A program made the position numbers and the translations under genes. Below the pieces are notes generated by a model that worked only from the letters and a program-made list of their open reading frames with translations, searched no databases and was not told where the DNA came from. This document shows positions 61,999 to 64,000 of a stretch of 64,000 nucleotides of DNA, piece after piece; within the stretch, counting starts at the first letter, position 1, and each line of letters opens with the position of its first letter. The stretch is from a virus, in IMG/VR virus record IMGVR_UViG_3300042731_005759, positions 112,088 to 176,087 of that record. The stretch is one strand, 5' to 3'.

Positions 61999-63294
61999 AT
62001 GTCTATTTACGCTGCACTTGAAGATTGGGATAGTGTAATCAAACATCATTTACCTAATGGGTGTAACAAAAATTGGGTAGAAGATGGGGGTTACTTAAGG
62101 ACATTAGGTAGTTATTTATCTGACGACTATTTGAAAAAAGGAGTAGTACCACATGTTGTTCTACCCGAATACCCAGGTATAGAATATATCCATAAAAATA
62201 GTTTAGTTGGTGGTGATAAAAATTACCTGTACATTATATTCATACTAAACGTAACGTTTTTTTCTGAAAATGCGGAGGATGGATTTAAGTATGTAGATTG
62301 GAGAGTTTTAGAGGACGTAAAAAAAGGAAAATGTAATATTGTTTTCATACAAGACACCGAAGGTATGTCAGGTATGATTGGTACACAAACTGAGTATGAT
62401 TTTCTTCTTATCCAAAAATGGTCAGACAATATAAATTTACCAAGTAGTAATGTACACTATATATGTGGTAATGTCTTAAGTAAGGAGGTCGCACAACAAC
62501 AAGGATGTTCCTTTAATGTTATACCTCTTACAGTACAAGACATATGGGTAAACATAGAAAATTATCCTGATGAAATTATGGAGTTTAACCCGACGGATGA
62601 AAAATATCTTTACTTAAATTACAGTAGAAGACCAAGGTACCATAGAATATTTTTCTACTCAACACTTTTAAAAGAAGGTATATTCCATAAGGGAACAAAT
62701 AGTTTTAATGATTTACGGTGGCCATTACCAGTACGAGAATTACTAAAGAGTGATCCCGATATCTTAGAATACGCGGAAGAGTTATTTAGGATTTCGCCCG
62801 TTTTAATTGATAGAGAGAATGAATCTGATGACATAACTCTTTATATGAATCTAAATGACTATGAAAGGACATTTATATCTGTTGTAACTGAAACTTTGTA
62901 TGAAGAAAATACTCTATTTAATTCTGAGAAGATTTGGAAACCTATTATAATGGGACACCCATTCTTTTTATTGGGTAATCAATATCATTTACAATGGTTG
63001 AGAGACCAAGGATTTAAGACATTCGATAAATGGATTGATGAGAGTTATGATGATGAACCTAAAATGGAGGATCGATCAAATAAAATAATTTCAGAACTGA
63101 AAAGGTTTAGTGAGATGAGTATGGATGAATTAAAAAGGATCAGAGAAGAAATGAACGAAGTTTGTAGGTTCAATAAAGACCATATGAAACTTAGAATAAA
63201 AGAAAGATACCACCAAAATGGGGTTTTCGATAGAAACCAACCCACTACCAATGAATTAAAGAATATACACCGTAAAATGAGTAACCTTATTTAA
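61999..63294 (+). CDS. Putative glycosyltransferase-like phage protein
   Basis: RRPRYHR, ISVVTET..SEKIWKPI..HPF, GFKTFDKWIDESYD. Confidence 0.5.
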   Translation: MSIYAALEDWDSVIKHHLPNGCNKNWVEDGGYLRTLGSYLSDDYLKKGVVPHVVLPEYPGIEYIHKNSLVGGDKNYLYIIFILNVTFFSENAEDGFKYVDWRVLEDVKKGKCNIVFIQDTEGMSGMIGTQTEYDFLLIQKWSDNINLPSSNVHYICGNVLSKEVAQQQGCSFNVIPLTVQDIWVNIENYPDEIMEFNPTDEKYLYLNYSRRPRYHRIFFYSTLLKEGIFHKGTNSFNDLRWPLPVRELLKSDPDILEYAEELFRISPVLIDRENESDDITLYMNLNDYERTFISVVTETLYEENTLFNSEKIWKPIIMGHPFFLLGNQYHLQWLRDQGFKTFDKWIDESYDDEPKMEDRSNKIISELKRFSEMSMDELKRIREEMNEVCRFNKDHMKLRIKERYHQNGVFDRNQPTTNELKNIHRKMSNLI

Positions 63295-63300
63295 TAGAAT

Positions 63301-64000
63301 ATGAAATCAGTATCAATCATAGGAATAGGTAAGTTAGGTTTATGCTTAGGTCTCAATTTAGAAAATAGTGGATACAACGTCATAGGAATCGACGTTAATG
63401 AAGAGTATATTAATGATTTGAATAATAATAATTTTCAAACTTCTGAACCTTCAGTAAATCGATTACTATCAACACAAAAAAACATAAAATTTACGACCGA
63501 TATCCAAGAGGCATTTGAGAACGACATTGTTTTTATAGTTGTTTCTACTCCTTCAACACACGAATGGAAATATGATCACAGCAATATAGACAACGTAGTA
63601 AATAAACTACTTGAATTGGGTGTGCAGAAAAAGAGAAAAGATCTTATAATAAACTGTACCACATTCCCTGGTTATTGTGAAGAACTCCATAATAGGACAA
63701 AGGATTATAACGTCCACGTATCATATAATCCTGAGTTTATTGCTCAAGGTTCAATCATTAAAGATCAATTATATGCCGATCATGTGTTAATAGGTGGTTC
63801 AGATGAATACGCCTCTAATTTGATTGAAAAGGTATATATGGATTTCATGGTTAGTGAACCAATATTCAATAAACTCACACCTGTAGAAGCCGAGATCACT
63901 AAGTTGTCGGTAAATTGTTTTCTAACCACGAAAATATCTTATGCAAATATGATTGGTGATATAACTATTCGTTACGGTGGTGATCCTAACAATGTTTTAG
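63301..64000 (+). CDS. ugd: UDP-glucose/GDP-mannose dehydrogenase family protein (3'-truncated)
   Basis: Hand translation gives MKSVSIIGIGKLGL, VSTP, YNPEFIAQG, AEITKLSVNCFLTTKISYAN. Confidence 0.85.
   Translation, partial: MKSVSIIGIGKLGLCLGLNLENSGYNVIGIDVNEEYINDLNNNNFQTSEPSVNRLLSTQKNIKFTTDIQEAFENDIVFIVVSTPSTHEWKYDHSNIDNVVNKLLELGVQKKRKDLIINCTTFPGYCEELHNRTKDYNVHVSYNPEFIAQGSIIKDQLYADHVLIGGSDEYASNLIEKVYMDFMVSEPIFNKLTPVEAEITKLSVNCFLTTKISYANMIGDITIRYGGDPNNVL

Noticed and set aside
1-64000. tRNA, rRNA, integrase or transposase genes
   Set aside because: None recognised; the few intergenic gaps are explained by promoters, terminators or small ORFs

Overview
AT-rich, gene-dense, almost entirely plus-strand segment that reads as a large (jumbo-type) tailed bacteriophage genome in the standard genetic code. 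The host is most likely Bacteroidota (Bacteroidota-type ClpP, an Hc1-like protein, a TTG-N19-TAnnTTTG promoter, and no obvious Shine-Dalgarno sites). Layout: 1-11.3 kb, Pro/Thr-rich (mucin-like) virion proteins with FN3, cupredoxin, beta-helix and Asp-box domains; 11.4-20.2 kb, DNA metabolism (RuvC-like, primase, PD-(D/E)XK exonuclease, two cytidylyltransferases, SbcD/SbcC, ClpP); 20.2-27.2 kb, membrane/lysis-like genes, a phage sigma factor and acidic head-type proteins; 27.3-33.9 kb, Hc1-like, PAP2, Dam, NusG, AAA ATPase, thioredoxin and glutaredoxin; 34-52 kb, a tail-fibre cluster including a 2803-aa fibre with an S74 chaperone and LamG-type proteins; 52.7-64 kb, a glycosylation cluster. 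Best leads: an A10 slippage site that would add a hidden mucin-like tail to a membrane protein; a possible virion glycosylation system (PT arrays plus GT7 enzymes carrying an inserted lectin domain); a small structured RNA with its own promoter and terminator; three TA-centred palindromes in the giant-fibre leader; and three distinguishable promoter classes. All family assignments come from motif recognition by eye, not from database searches.
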